From Candidatus Thorarchaeota archaeon (GTDB lineage: Archaea; Asgardarchaeota; Thorarchaeia; Thorarchaeales; Thorarchaeaceae), in the NCBI GenBank assembly GCA_004524445.1, contig SDNP01000032.1:1-32849 (forward strand): DNA of 32,849 nucleotides. The letters are read 5' to 3'. A model generated the notes under the pieces. The model worked only from the letters and a program-made list of their open reading frames with translations. It ran no database searches and was not told the DNA's origin. Of the stretch, positions 25,411 to 32,849 are shown in pieces (position 1 is the stretch's first letter; each line of letters starts with the position of its first letter). A program made the position numbers and the translations under genes.

Positions 25411-26178
25411 TCACTCTCCATATACTCCCTCGCCCGTGACGAGCCCTGTAAAGACCTCTTCCAGGTTTGCAGCCCTGAATTTATCTTCAAGCTGTGATGG
25501 CTTCCCAGTTGCCACTAGCTCTCCTTTGTTAAGAATACCAACTCTATCACAGAGCTCCGAGACCTCATTCAGATCATGTGTTGTCAGGATGATGGTTCTA
25601 TTCTCCTCCGAGCTAAGTCGTTTCAAGACGTTCCTCACTACTCTTGCCCCGATTGTATCTACGCCAGTCGTAGGTTCATCCAAAAAGACCACTTCTGGTT
25701 CGATAATCAGGGCTCGTGCAACAAGCACCTTTCTCTTCATCCCGCCGCTGAATCCCTTGACAAGATGGTCCTCTCTATCCTTTAGGTCAACTATCTCCAG
25801 TAATCTGTCCGCTCGCTTATTGAGCTCCTCCTCCTCGATACCGTAGAGCCCACCATAGAAGACCAGATTTTCTCGGGCGGTCAATAGCTCATAGATGCCT
25901 GCCTCTTGTGGAAGTAGGGCCGCTCTCTGACGGATGTACTGTTTTTCCTTTTCAACATCCTTACCGAGAACATAGGCCTTGCCTTTGGTTGGAGTGAGAA
26001 GTCCTAACAATATTCGGATCAGAGTTGTCTTGCCTGCACCATTGGGGCCCAAGAGTCCAAAGACCTCTCCCCTACCGATCTCTAGGTTGACGTCATTAAG
26101 GGCTGTGACCTCCTGTTTCTTTCCCTCCTCAAAGATTTTTGTCAGGCTCTCAGTCCTAATAATGGGTCCTTCACTCAT
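25411..26178 (-). CDS. ABC transporter ATP-binding protein (exporter type; start 26178 or 26193)
   Basis: Walker A GPNGAGKTT, signature FSGGMKRK, Walker B VFLDEPT, H-loop LTTH. Confidence 0.95.
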   Translation of the reverse strand: MSEGPIIRTESLTKIFEEGKKQEVTALNDVNLEIGRGEVFGLLGPNGAGKTTLIRILLGLLTPTKGKAYVLGKDVEKEKQYIRQRAALLPQEAGIYELLTARENLVFYGGLYGIEEEELNKRADRLLEIVDLKDREDHLVKGFSGGMKRKVLVARALIIEPEVVFLDEPTTGVDTIGARVVRNVLKRLSSEENRTIILTTHDLNEVSELCDRVGILNKGELVATGKPSQLEDKFRAANLEEVFTGLVTGEGVYGE

Positions 26179-26210
26179 CTTTGTTGACCTCATGTCTTTC
26201 GAAATTCTTT

Positions 26211-26978
26211 CTATTGCAGGTGTTCGATTTTTGGGAACGGTGGTTCCTTCTTGATCTCCTTCAGCAATTCATAGGCATCATCAATGTCATCGTCGCTACC
26301 TTCAATGAATAGCGAGATTGAGCCCTCGGCACCGTTCACTCCACCTGCTGCAATGGGAATTGCCTCTACATCAAAGAGAACATTTAGAGCATGAATCTCG
26401 GTGAAAGGAAAGCCCTGAGGAATAGCAATTGCACCTACAGGTGTACCAATGGCGAGGTCCCAGTCATCCTTTCCAAATCCTCCACTGAACTCGTCATATA
26501 ACACAGGTATGCACTTTTCGAGCCCGCTGGGCATGATGACTGTGATATTCTTTGAAGCAGCTGCTCCTAGAAAGGATCCGACGGTTCCCCCAGTCTCACT
26601 GGCAAGAAGCACGATAGGAACCATATCGGCATCAAAGGCATTGGCACTCTTGATGATGACATCGCCCTCTCCCATATCAGCAAGGACATCCTTGACCTTC
26701 TTCTTTTCAAGATACTCTCCTTTGTAGAAGATGGCATCATATGCGCGGCTGTCAGCTTCAGTAATCCACAATCCTTCGGATACCGTAACCCCCGCAATAT
26801 GCTTGGTCTTATCATAATCTGGTATCAGTTCCTCGACAAGATAACTAGACGTTGTTCCAAGAGTCACGCACAAGTATCCATTATCCAAGGCATATTGTAT
26901 CTCTTCAGTCGCAAGCAACCCTTTCGCGATAAGGCGTTTGCTCTGAGATGGTGTCAAAGTCACTAGGAGTTTCTTCAT
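26211..26978 (-). CDS. Conserved hypothetical protein
   Basis: 255-aa ORF with conserved-looking motifs TLTPSQSKRLIAKG, GTTSSY, KSANA, GGTVG, GLEK and AAGGVNGAEGS. A TATA-like GATATATT lies about 30 nt upstream. Confidence 0.75.
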   Translation of the reverse strand: MKKLLVTLTPSQSKRLIAKGLLATEEIQYALDNGYLCVTLGTTSSYLVEELIPDYDKTKHIAGVTVSEGLWITEADSRAYDAIFYKGEYLEKKKVKDVLADMGEGDVIIKSANAFDADMVPIVLLASETGGTVGSFLGAAASKNITVIMPSGLEKCIPVLYDEFSGGFGKDDWDLAIGTPVGAIAIPQGFPFTEIHALNVLFDVEAIPIAAGGVNGAEGSISLFIEGSDDDIDDAYELLKEIKKEPPFPKIEHLQ

Positions 26979-27019
26979 TGTCTATCAGTCCACATACGAA
27001 TTGAATATATCCTGCAATT

Positions 27020-28384
27020 TTACTCTGTCGAAGCGACATCATCCTGAAATGCTTCAATCGTTTTTTCTACGATTCTTCTTGAGCTCTCTCTGATTTGGTC
27101 GTAATACTCCTCGATATCGAATTTGTCTATATCCAGGTTGTCCGATACTTCTGAATCTTGTCGAATGAGTTCGAGCAGGTCCTTGTCCTCTTTTCTTGAC
27201 TGTTCTACAAGTTCTCTCAATCGTGCATGTGCCTTTGGGCGCTCAAGTCCTGCCCTTGTCAGCTTGGTGATGATGTACTCACTCAGAACCATCTCCTTTG
27301 AAACATTCAAGTTCTTTTCAATGGCATTCCTATCAAGCTCAAGCCCCTCTATCACCCTCCTCATCTCGCGTACCAGATAGTCCGTAAGAATGAACGCTTG
27401 GGGAATGACAAAACGCTCCGTTGAGGAATGACTGATATCTCGCTCCTCCCAGCTGACCACATTCTCCAGTGCGGGAGCTGCCAGGCTTCTTACCACTCGT
27501 GCAAGTCCTGAGATTTTTTCACAGATCACAGGATTCCTCTTATGAGGCATGGCAGACGAGCCAACTTGTTCGCCATGTTTGAACGGTTCATACATCTCTC
27601 CAATCTCAGTTCGCTGGAGATTTCTAATATCCGTTGCAATCTTGTCAAGGGAAGCGGCTAGATTCGCCAGGCAAAGTACCGCTTCTGCATGACGGTCTCT
27701 CTGGGTAATTTGAGTCGTTGCATTGGGCACCTGAAGACCGAGTTCTGTCAGAACCATCTCCTGCAGTTTTATTCCATCTGGGCCCAGGGCTGAGTGGCTC
27801 CCAGTAGCCCCTGCAATCTTGCCAACAACAACCCTGTTTCTTGCCTCTATCAAGCGTTGCCTGTGTCTTCGAATTTCATCAAGCCAAACAGCAAATCTTA
27901 GTCCGTAGGTGATTGGAACTGCATGCTGACCGTGGGACCGACCAATAGCAATCAGGTCCTTGAACTCAACGGCTCTGCTAGCCAGGTCTTCGCATAATGC
28001 ATCTATCTGCTGCAGAAAAACATGATACGCATAATGCATCTGCATACCTAGAGCTGTGTCCTTTATGTCGTTGCTCGTGAGCCCAAAATGCACCCATCGA
28101 GCACCTGCCCCTTCACACTGCTCGGCTATTGCCTCGTATAAAGCGGCCACATCGTGCCTAGTCTTTGCCTCAATCTCCATTGTGCGTGACAGTGTCACCT
28201 TTTCGGGCACTGCAACCATATAGATTTCTTCTGCTGCATCCGCTGGAATTATGCCAAGCTCCGCCTGTTTCTGCGCAATAGTCGCTTCTATTTGGAGCCA
28301 GAGACCATGACGACATTTCTCCTCGAAAATCTGAATCATCTCTTCATTTCCATATCTTCCATAATCTATCGGGTTGACAGGCAC
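27020..28384 (-). CDS. purB: Adenylosuccinate lyase
   Basis: TRHDV, VHFGLTSNDIKDT, GRSHGQHAVP, signature GSSAMPHKRNP, and ERDISHSSTER. Confidence 0.95.
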   Translation of the reverse strand: MPVNPIDYGRYGNEEMIQIFEEKCRHGLWLQIEATIAQKQAELGIIPADAAEEIYMVAVPEKVTLSRTMEIEAKTRHDVAALYEAIAEQCEGAGARWVHFGLTSNDIKDTALGMQMHYAYHVFLQQIDALCEDLASRAVEFKDLIAIGRSHGQHAVPITYGLRFAVWLDEIRRHRQRLIEARNRVVVGKIAGATGSHSALGPDGIKLQEMVLTELGLQVPNATTQITQRDRHAEAVLCLANLAASLDKIATDIRNLQRTEIGEMYEPFKHGEQVGSSAMPHKRNPVICEKISGLARVVRSLAAPALENVVSWEERDISHSSTERFVIPQAFILTDYLVREMRRVIEGLELDRNAIEKNLNVSKEMVLSEYIITKLTRAGLERPKAHARLRELVEQSRKEDKDLLELIRQDSEVSDNLDIDKFDIEEYYDQIRESSRRIVEKTIEAFQDDVASTE

Positions 28385-28472
28385 GACTTCACACCTATCT
28401 CTTTGCAGTACTTCACACTCTGATATGGTTTACCTATTTGCCAGTAAGCTGACTTATGAGAAAGGCTAATAC

Positions 28473-29486
28473 GTGAGCCTTGCATTTGATGGTGTGGTGG
28501 CAATGAGTTCGGGGCTAGAACACGGCTATAGGCCTGGTGAAATTCAGAAGATCTTGAATGATGCCCAGAGCATACTTGAAACCGATTTTACTGAAGTCAG
28601 AGCCCTTTCCAGCAATCTCGAGGTCATCGGAACTGCATATAGAAATCCTGAGCCCCAAGACAAGACCGCAGCTCGTATCTCGGTGGTACGCCTTGGTTGT
28701 CAAGAGGTGCCTCTCACGCCTCCTGACCAGTTTACGCTGTCCACAGAGGAGTTACTCAGCAACATCTGTTCCGCCAGCGAGAATGTCGATTTGATGCTGG
28801 TTTCCTTCATGGATCCCGAAACTTTTGGCCAGGGTCGCAGTATAGTTGAAGAGATACCCGGGCGAGTAGAATGCCCCGTGATTAATCTCCGAGATGATAT
28901 CTACGCCCCACAGGCGGCACTGAGCAATTTGCTTGGTATACAAAGCCGTCTGGGGCCACTCGCGGGCAAGCGAATTGCAATCTCTTGGGGGTTCGGTTCT
29001 GTCTTTCCACTACCAACTGTACCTCACAGCATGATAGCTGCAGCATCCCAATTAGGCGCAAAAATAAGAGTCGTGGCTCCAAAGGACTTTGGTTTGCTAC
29101 GTCGTGTCATTCGGGAAGCTGAGGAAAGCGCTCCCGATGATGTTTCCATTGAGGAAACCGACCAATTTGAGGGTGCCTTCGACGATGTCGATGTCATCTA
29201 TGCCCTGAACTGGTGTCGCCTAAGTGATTTCCAACATCCTGAACGAAATACCGAGTATGCCAGTGAATACCGTGACTGGTTCTTTACAACTGATAATACC
29301 CCTGAAAATGGGTTATTCCTCACTCAGGCTCCCGCTCAAACAGAGTTGCTAGCAAGCCAGAAACTATTATCGAGCGAGCGAAATATGACGCAAGACTGGC
29401 TAAAACGCCGTGTGGTAACTCTTGCTGCATCAATGGCATATCTCGCCCCATCACTAACGAACCCTCCTATGCGTCATCTCATTTAG
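28473..29486 (+). CDS. YgeW/OTCase-like carbamoyltransferase homolog with degenerate catalytic motifs
   Basis: CPVINLRDDIYAPQ, LAGKRIAISWGF...PTVPHS, VVAPKDF and EGAFDDVDVIYALNW follow the YgeW/OTCase scaffold. STRT, HPxQ and HCLP are absent. Confidence 0.75.
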   Translation: MSLAFDGVVAMSSGLEHGYRPGEIQKILNDAQSILETDFTEVRALSSNLEVIGTAYRNPEPQDKTAARISVVRLGCQEVPLTPPDQFTLSTEELLSNICSASENVDLMLVSFMDPETFGQGRSIVEEIPGRVECPVINLRDDIYAPQAALSNLLGIQSRLGPLAGKRIAISWGFGSVFPLPTVPHSMIAAASQLGAKIRVVAPKDFGLLRRVIREAEESAPDDVSIEETDQFEGAFDDVDVIYALNWCRLSDFQHPERNTEYASEYRDWFFTTDNTPENGLFLTQAPAQTELLASQKLLSSERNMTQDWLKRRVVTLAASMAYLAPSLTNPPMRHLI

Positions 29487-29498
29487 TACTTTCCGAGA

Positions 29499-29508
29499 GC
29501 TTTTATCA
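29499..29508 (+). promoter_or_regulatory. Putative archaeal TATA box (TTTTAT) with purine-rich BRE for a leaderless transcript
   Basis: GAGAGC-TTTTATCA about 31-25 nt upstream of the ATG at 29532; no SD sequence before that ATG. Confidence 0.45.
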
Positions 29509-29531
29509 AGAGATGCCATTGAAAGCTTGTT

Positions 29532-30629
29532 ATGTGGGACCGATTGCGACCTCAGGCTAGAGGTGTGTGGGAAAATCCGGAAGTGCTAAGTCGGCTGTCA
29601 CGCTATCGTGACATAATTGACAAGAAGCGATGGGCCAAATATATACTGGCAAAAGAAGTTCCCTGCGAGAAGAGCTTAGACCAACCATTGAATGACTTGT
29701 GGTCACTTCATGAGGAGGCTTCCAAGAATTTCTGGGACTATCTGGAATCGGTTGACTCAGGCGAGGAACGTGAAGATCAGTCGCCCTCTACTAGCTTCTT
29801 GGACTTGAAATCGGAGATTGCAAATCGGATTCTACAATCATGCCATTTCTGCGAGCGTAGATGCGGAGCTGATAGAACAAAGGATGAACTGGGATGGTGC
29901 AAACTGACATCAGAATCACGAGTTTCATCAGCTTTCCTACATACAGGTGAGGAGGCTCCGCTCGTTCCGAGTGGGACCATCTTCTTTGCATCATGCTGTT
30001 TTGGCTGTGTCTTCTGCCAGAACTACGACATCTCAACGAATCCCAATTCGGGCGACGTTGTGAATCCAAAGGAGCTCGCAGGTATTGCAGAGGGACTTGT
30101 AAGACGGGGCGCTCTGAATATCAACTATGTGGGCGGAGATCCTATCCCCAACACTCACACAATCGTTTCATCTCTCAAACATCAGACAGCTAACATCACC
30201 CAACTCTGGAATTCGAATCTATACTGCTCTCTTGAAACAATGAAGCTGCTCACCGAGATTTTTGATGTGTGGCTTCCAGATTTCAAATATGGAGATGATG
30301 AATGTGCAAAACGGCTCTCCGGAGTGACCAACTACTTCGAAGTCGTTTCTCGCAACCATCTCATGGCCTATAAGTCGGGGGAGGTAATAATCCGACACTT
30401 GGTCATGCCCAATCACATTGAATGCTGCAGTATACCCATTCTCGAATGGGTGGCCGAGAATATGCCTAACTGCATGGTGAATATCATGGGTCAATATAGG
30501 CCAACCCACAAAGTGCGACGGGGGAGTGACAGATTCAAGGACATCCAGAGATCTGTAAACAACACCGAGATGCAACGTGTACAAACAAAGGCTGATGAGC
30601 TGGATATTCTCTGGAGACCAGTCAGCTAG
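29532..30629 (+). CDS. PflX-like (PFL-activating-enzyme-related) radical SAM protein
   Basis: CHFCERRCGADR..GWC, HTGEEAPLVPSGTIFF, CCFGCVFCQNYDIS, NINYVGGDP, WNSN, PDFKYG, IIRHLVMPNH and NIMGQYRP. Confidence 0.88.
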   Translation: MWDRLRPQARGVWENPEVLSRLSRYRDIIDKKRWAKYILAKEVPCEKSLDQPLNDLWSLHEEASKNFWDYLESVDSGEEREDQSPSTSFLDLKSEIANRILQSCHFCERRCGADRTKDELGWCKLTSESRVSSAFLHTGEEAPLVPSGTIFFASCCFGCVFCQNYDISTNPNSGDVVNPKELAGIAEGLVRRGALNINYVGGDPIPNTHTIVSSLKHQTANITQLWNSNLYCSLETMKLLTEIFDVWLPDFKYGDDECAKRLSGVTNYFEVVSRNHLMAYKSGEVIIRHLVMPNHIECCSIPILEWVAENMPNCMVNIMGQYRPTHKVRRGSDRFKDIQRSVNNTEMQRVQTKADELDILWRPVS

Positions 30630-30740
30630 AATTCACTCTAACCGCATAGATATTCCGGTTTAAGTCTGCTTCTATTATGATTCATCTGTCATGCTGGATA
30701 GCAATTTGACATATGAAAAATCAACAATCTCAGCATATCA

Positions 30741-30782
30741 AGAAAAAATAGAAGAGAAAGAAGCGCGAAAAAATCCGCGCCT
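30741..30782 (-). terminator. Putative terminator downstream of the surface-protein gene
   Basis: Minus strand GCGCG-GATTTTTT-CGCGC hairpin followed by TTCTTTCTCTTCTATTTTTTCT, starting about 13 nt after the stop. Confidence 0.6.
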
Positions 30783-30793
30783 CTGGTACTATA

Positions 30794-32849
30794 CTATCGA
30801 CGTCTTATAATCACTATCAATAGAATAACGAATATGGCAGCCACACCGACCAGTGCTAGCAATATTGGGAGTGATAGTCCGCCTGGAATGACATCGGTGG
30901 GAGTCGTAGTGGTATCCGTGTCATCGGTTGTTGTAGTAGTTGTGGTTTCCTCAAGAACCGTGAGGATAACGGTATCAGTTGCAGAATTACCGCTCTCATC
31001 CTCAACTACCAATGTTAGATTATAAGTGCCTGCTTCAAGCCCATCCACATTAACCCAAATCTCGTTTCCACTGGACCAAGCACCTGTTTCATTAGAGGTA
31101 CCATTGATGAAAAGCTCCCATGTTCCTGGGTCGAGATCAGTGGCAGTCCAATTAACAAGATTGCCAGTCTCTCCTTCAGTGTATTCAAGGTCTGGCGGTG
31201 AACTCAGCACTGGTGCCGTAGTATCTTCGACTACCACAGTAACCGTATCGGAGGAAGTTTCACCATAGGCATCTGTCAGGGTCAAAGTGAAAACGTATGA
31301 GCCCACTTCGTAGCCATCAAGGGAGTATGATATGGCTCCTCCGTCCCAATTTCCACTATCAACACTCACAGCGTCTTCTTCAATGACGTAGCTATCCGGT
31401 CTATAGCTGAACGGGTTCCAGGTGATATCTACGCCTGTTGTACCTAATTCCATGACAATGTCCGAGGGCTCATCGATAAATGGTCGGTACATGAGTGCCA
31501 ACTCATTTATCCACACCTCAAGTCTGTCCTCATAGGTGGAATCATCTGTATCCGCACTGTATTGGCTGGTCAGATAGGAGTTGTATAACGTCTTACCGTC
31601 ATTTCTGAGAACAAGTGTTGCCTTGCCATCCTCAGGCGCAGCAGTGATTCCAGCCAATGCGGTGGCATTGTCGAAAACCTGTAGCAAGTCTCCTGTACTG
31701 CCATAATCCCTCGGTCCGCTATAATTGGAAGCTCCATATTCCAAAGGAATATTGAAGACGGGGTGATCAAAATCCCACATATATACGGGCGTTGGGTCTA
31801 CAAGGTCTCCCGTGTAGTTGATTCCTAGCTTCGGATAAAGGCTGTGATCAGGAGTGGCCGTCATAGAATACCAGTTCATGAGGAACCTGCCGCCACTATC
31901 AACATACCACTCGAAGTCGTCAAGATAATCTGCAGTGAAACCCCATGGTGCATCGATTACGACCAGCTTCCATGTCTGCTCGTAGAGTGAGCGGTTGAAG
32001 TACGACATCGTATGATAGATCATATAGGGGATACCAAGCTCGTTTGCTGCAAGTGCTACCGAGCTTTCAAGGGCATGAATACTCCTCCCAGTGGCAAACT
32101 GCTCTGCATTAGGGTCATTCGTGAAAATCAGAACCTGTGCATCATCAGATGCAAGCCAGTTAATCACATTAAATGTGAACTTGCGATTGCTTGCGTCATC
32201 AATATTGTTATCATCTGCGAAGTTGATGTCTGAAACCAACATGATGCGGCCGCTGCTGTGAATATCCACGCCAGCGTATGTATCTCCTGCTTCCCACCAA
32301 ACCGATACGGCATCGTCACTGACATTGACAAAGCCTGAAGCACCAACATCCAGAGATGTACAGTCTTCCACAGTTGGATGAGTACCATGGCCAGTAATAA
32401 TGCCGTCTCCATCACCAGTCTCGAAGATAGAAACATCGTATGGTGACAGGAGATGGTTCAGGTTCTGATTATATTCAATCAAAATGCTGGCCCATCTATC
32501 ACCGAATGCGTAAAGTCCTCCTCCGGAGCTGGTCCAGGATTGGACAGCAGAGACCTCTGCAGCCGTATAATTCAACATTGGAAGCACAGTTATCAGGACA
32601 TCGAAAGGTTCTAGTCGACTCAACGTGAGATTGCCATCGGGGGATGGATAGAGTTTGTCGAACGTAAGCCCTCTGCTTACGATGTCATCTCTTAGCTCTT
32701 CGTATCTTCCATAGGTATTAGCATAACTATCCCACGGGTCTACTGAGTAGTATGGCTTGTGAGAATAATCAAAAGCGACTCGCCCCTTAGGACGTGGAGA
32801 CATCCATTCTACAGCATCAACTATCATGTCATCAAAATCAGTTGAATAA
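30794..32849 (-). CDS. Large membrane-anchored extracellular protein (DUF4350/GATase-like domains, two Ig-like repeats, Thr-rich linker, C-terminal TM); 5'-truncated
   Basis: Frame is open to the window edge (YSTDFDDMIVDAV...). Contains AFDYSH...GGGLYAFGD...SGRIMLVSDINF, two ~87-aa beta repeats, TTTTTTTDDTDTTTTP, a hydrophobic helix and RRR, with many NxS/T sequons. Confidence 0.85.
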   Translation of the reverse strand, partial: YSTDFDDMIVDAVEWMSPRPKGRVAFDYSHKPYYSVDPWDSYANTYGRYEELRDDIVSRGLTFDKLYPSPDGNLTLSRLEPFDVLITVLPMLNYTAAEVSAVQSWTSSGGGLYAFGDRWASILIEYNQNLNHLLSPYDVSIFETGDGDGIITGHGTHPTVEDCTSLDVGASGFVNVSDDAVSVWWEAGDTYAGVDIHSSGRIMLVSDINFADDNNIDDASNRKFTFNVINWLASDDAQVLIFTNDPNAEQFATGRSIHALESSVALAANELGIPYMIYHTMSYFNRSLYEQTWKLVVIDAPWGFTADYLDDFEWYVDSGGRFLMNWYSMTATPDHSLYPKLGINYTGDLVDPTPVYMWDFDHPVFNIPLEYGASNYSGPRDYGSTGDLLQVFDNATALAGITAAPEDGKATLVLRNDGKTLYNSYLTSQYSADTDDSTYEDRLEVWINELALMYRPFIDEPSDIVMELGTTGVDITWNPFSYRPDSYVIEEDAVSVDSGNWDGGAISYSLDGYEVGSYVFTLTLTDAYGETSSDTVTVVVEDTTAPVLSSPPDLEYTEGETGNLVNWTATDLDPGTWELFINGTSNETGAWSSGNEIWVNVDGLEAGTYNLTLVVEDESGNSATDTVILTVLEETTTTTTTDDTDTTTTPTDVIPGGLSLPILLALVGVAAIFVILLIVIIRRR
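30955..31482 (-). repeat. Two tandem Ig-like protein repeats (~87 aa each)
   Basis: PFIDEPSDIVMELGTTGVDITW...GNWDGG..SLDGYEVGSYVFTLTLTDAYGETSSDTVTVVV aligns with PVLSSPPDLEYTEGETGNLVNW...GAWSSG..NVDGLEAGTYNLTLVVEDESGNSATDTVILTV. Confidence 0.75.

Noticed and set aside
22905-25417. AGAGTG at both the ATPase stop and the permease start as a target-site duplication
   Set aside because: Only 6 bp, expected by chance; no transposase, integrase or terminal inverted repeats.
25277-25846. 189-aa plus-strand ORF and the many other short antisense ORFs
   Set aside because: They overlap well-supported genes on the opposite strand and have no motifs.
1-32849. CRISPR arrays, tRNA/rRNA genes, IS elements, prophage genes
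   Set aside because: None recognised by eye. A tRNAscan-SE/Infernal run would be needed to exclude small RNAs formally.

Overview
Archaeal genomic window, most consistent with an Asgard archaeon (Thorarchaeota-like). That taxonomy is inferred from gene content, not from a search. From left to right it holds: the 3' end of leuS; two tandem MscS-family channels; a DUF420-like membrane protein; a group 3c hydrogenase operon (vhuD/mvhD-vhuG-vhuA); two separate tungsten-AOR operons with FeS partners; a MoaD/SAMP; two amidohydrolases; a DHODH/PreA-like flavoprotein with a remodelled active site; a PfkB kinase; an M24 peptidase; a PAS histidine kinase; a large double-wHTH regulator; a split ABC exporter interrupted by a B12 radical SAM cassette; purB; a catalytically degenerate YgeW-like carbamoyltransferase; a PflX-like radical SAM; and a 5'-truncated surface protein. 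Two things stand out. (1) A gene missing from the ORF track: a 50-aa selenoprotein VhuU (2893-3045, minus strand, RCYDC-U-LSCGAH). It has a eukaryote-type SECIS whose AUGA core is its own stop codon, and it lies in frame with the UGA stop of vhuA. (2) A candidate anaerobic nucleobase (purine/pyrimidine) catabolic system in which tungsten AOR-family enzymes appear to stand where bacteria use xanthine dehydrogenase or PreT/YgfK-type modules.
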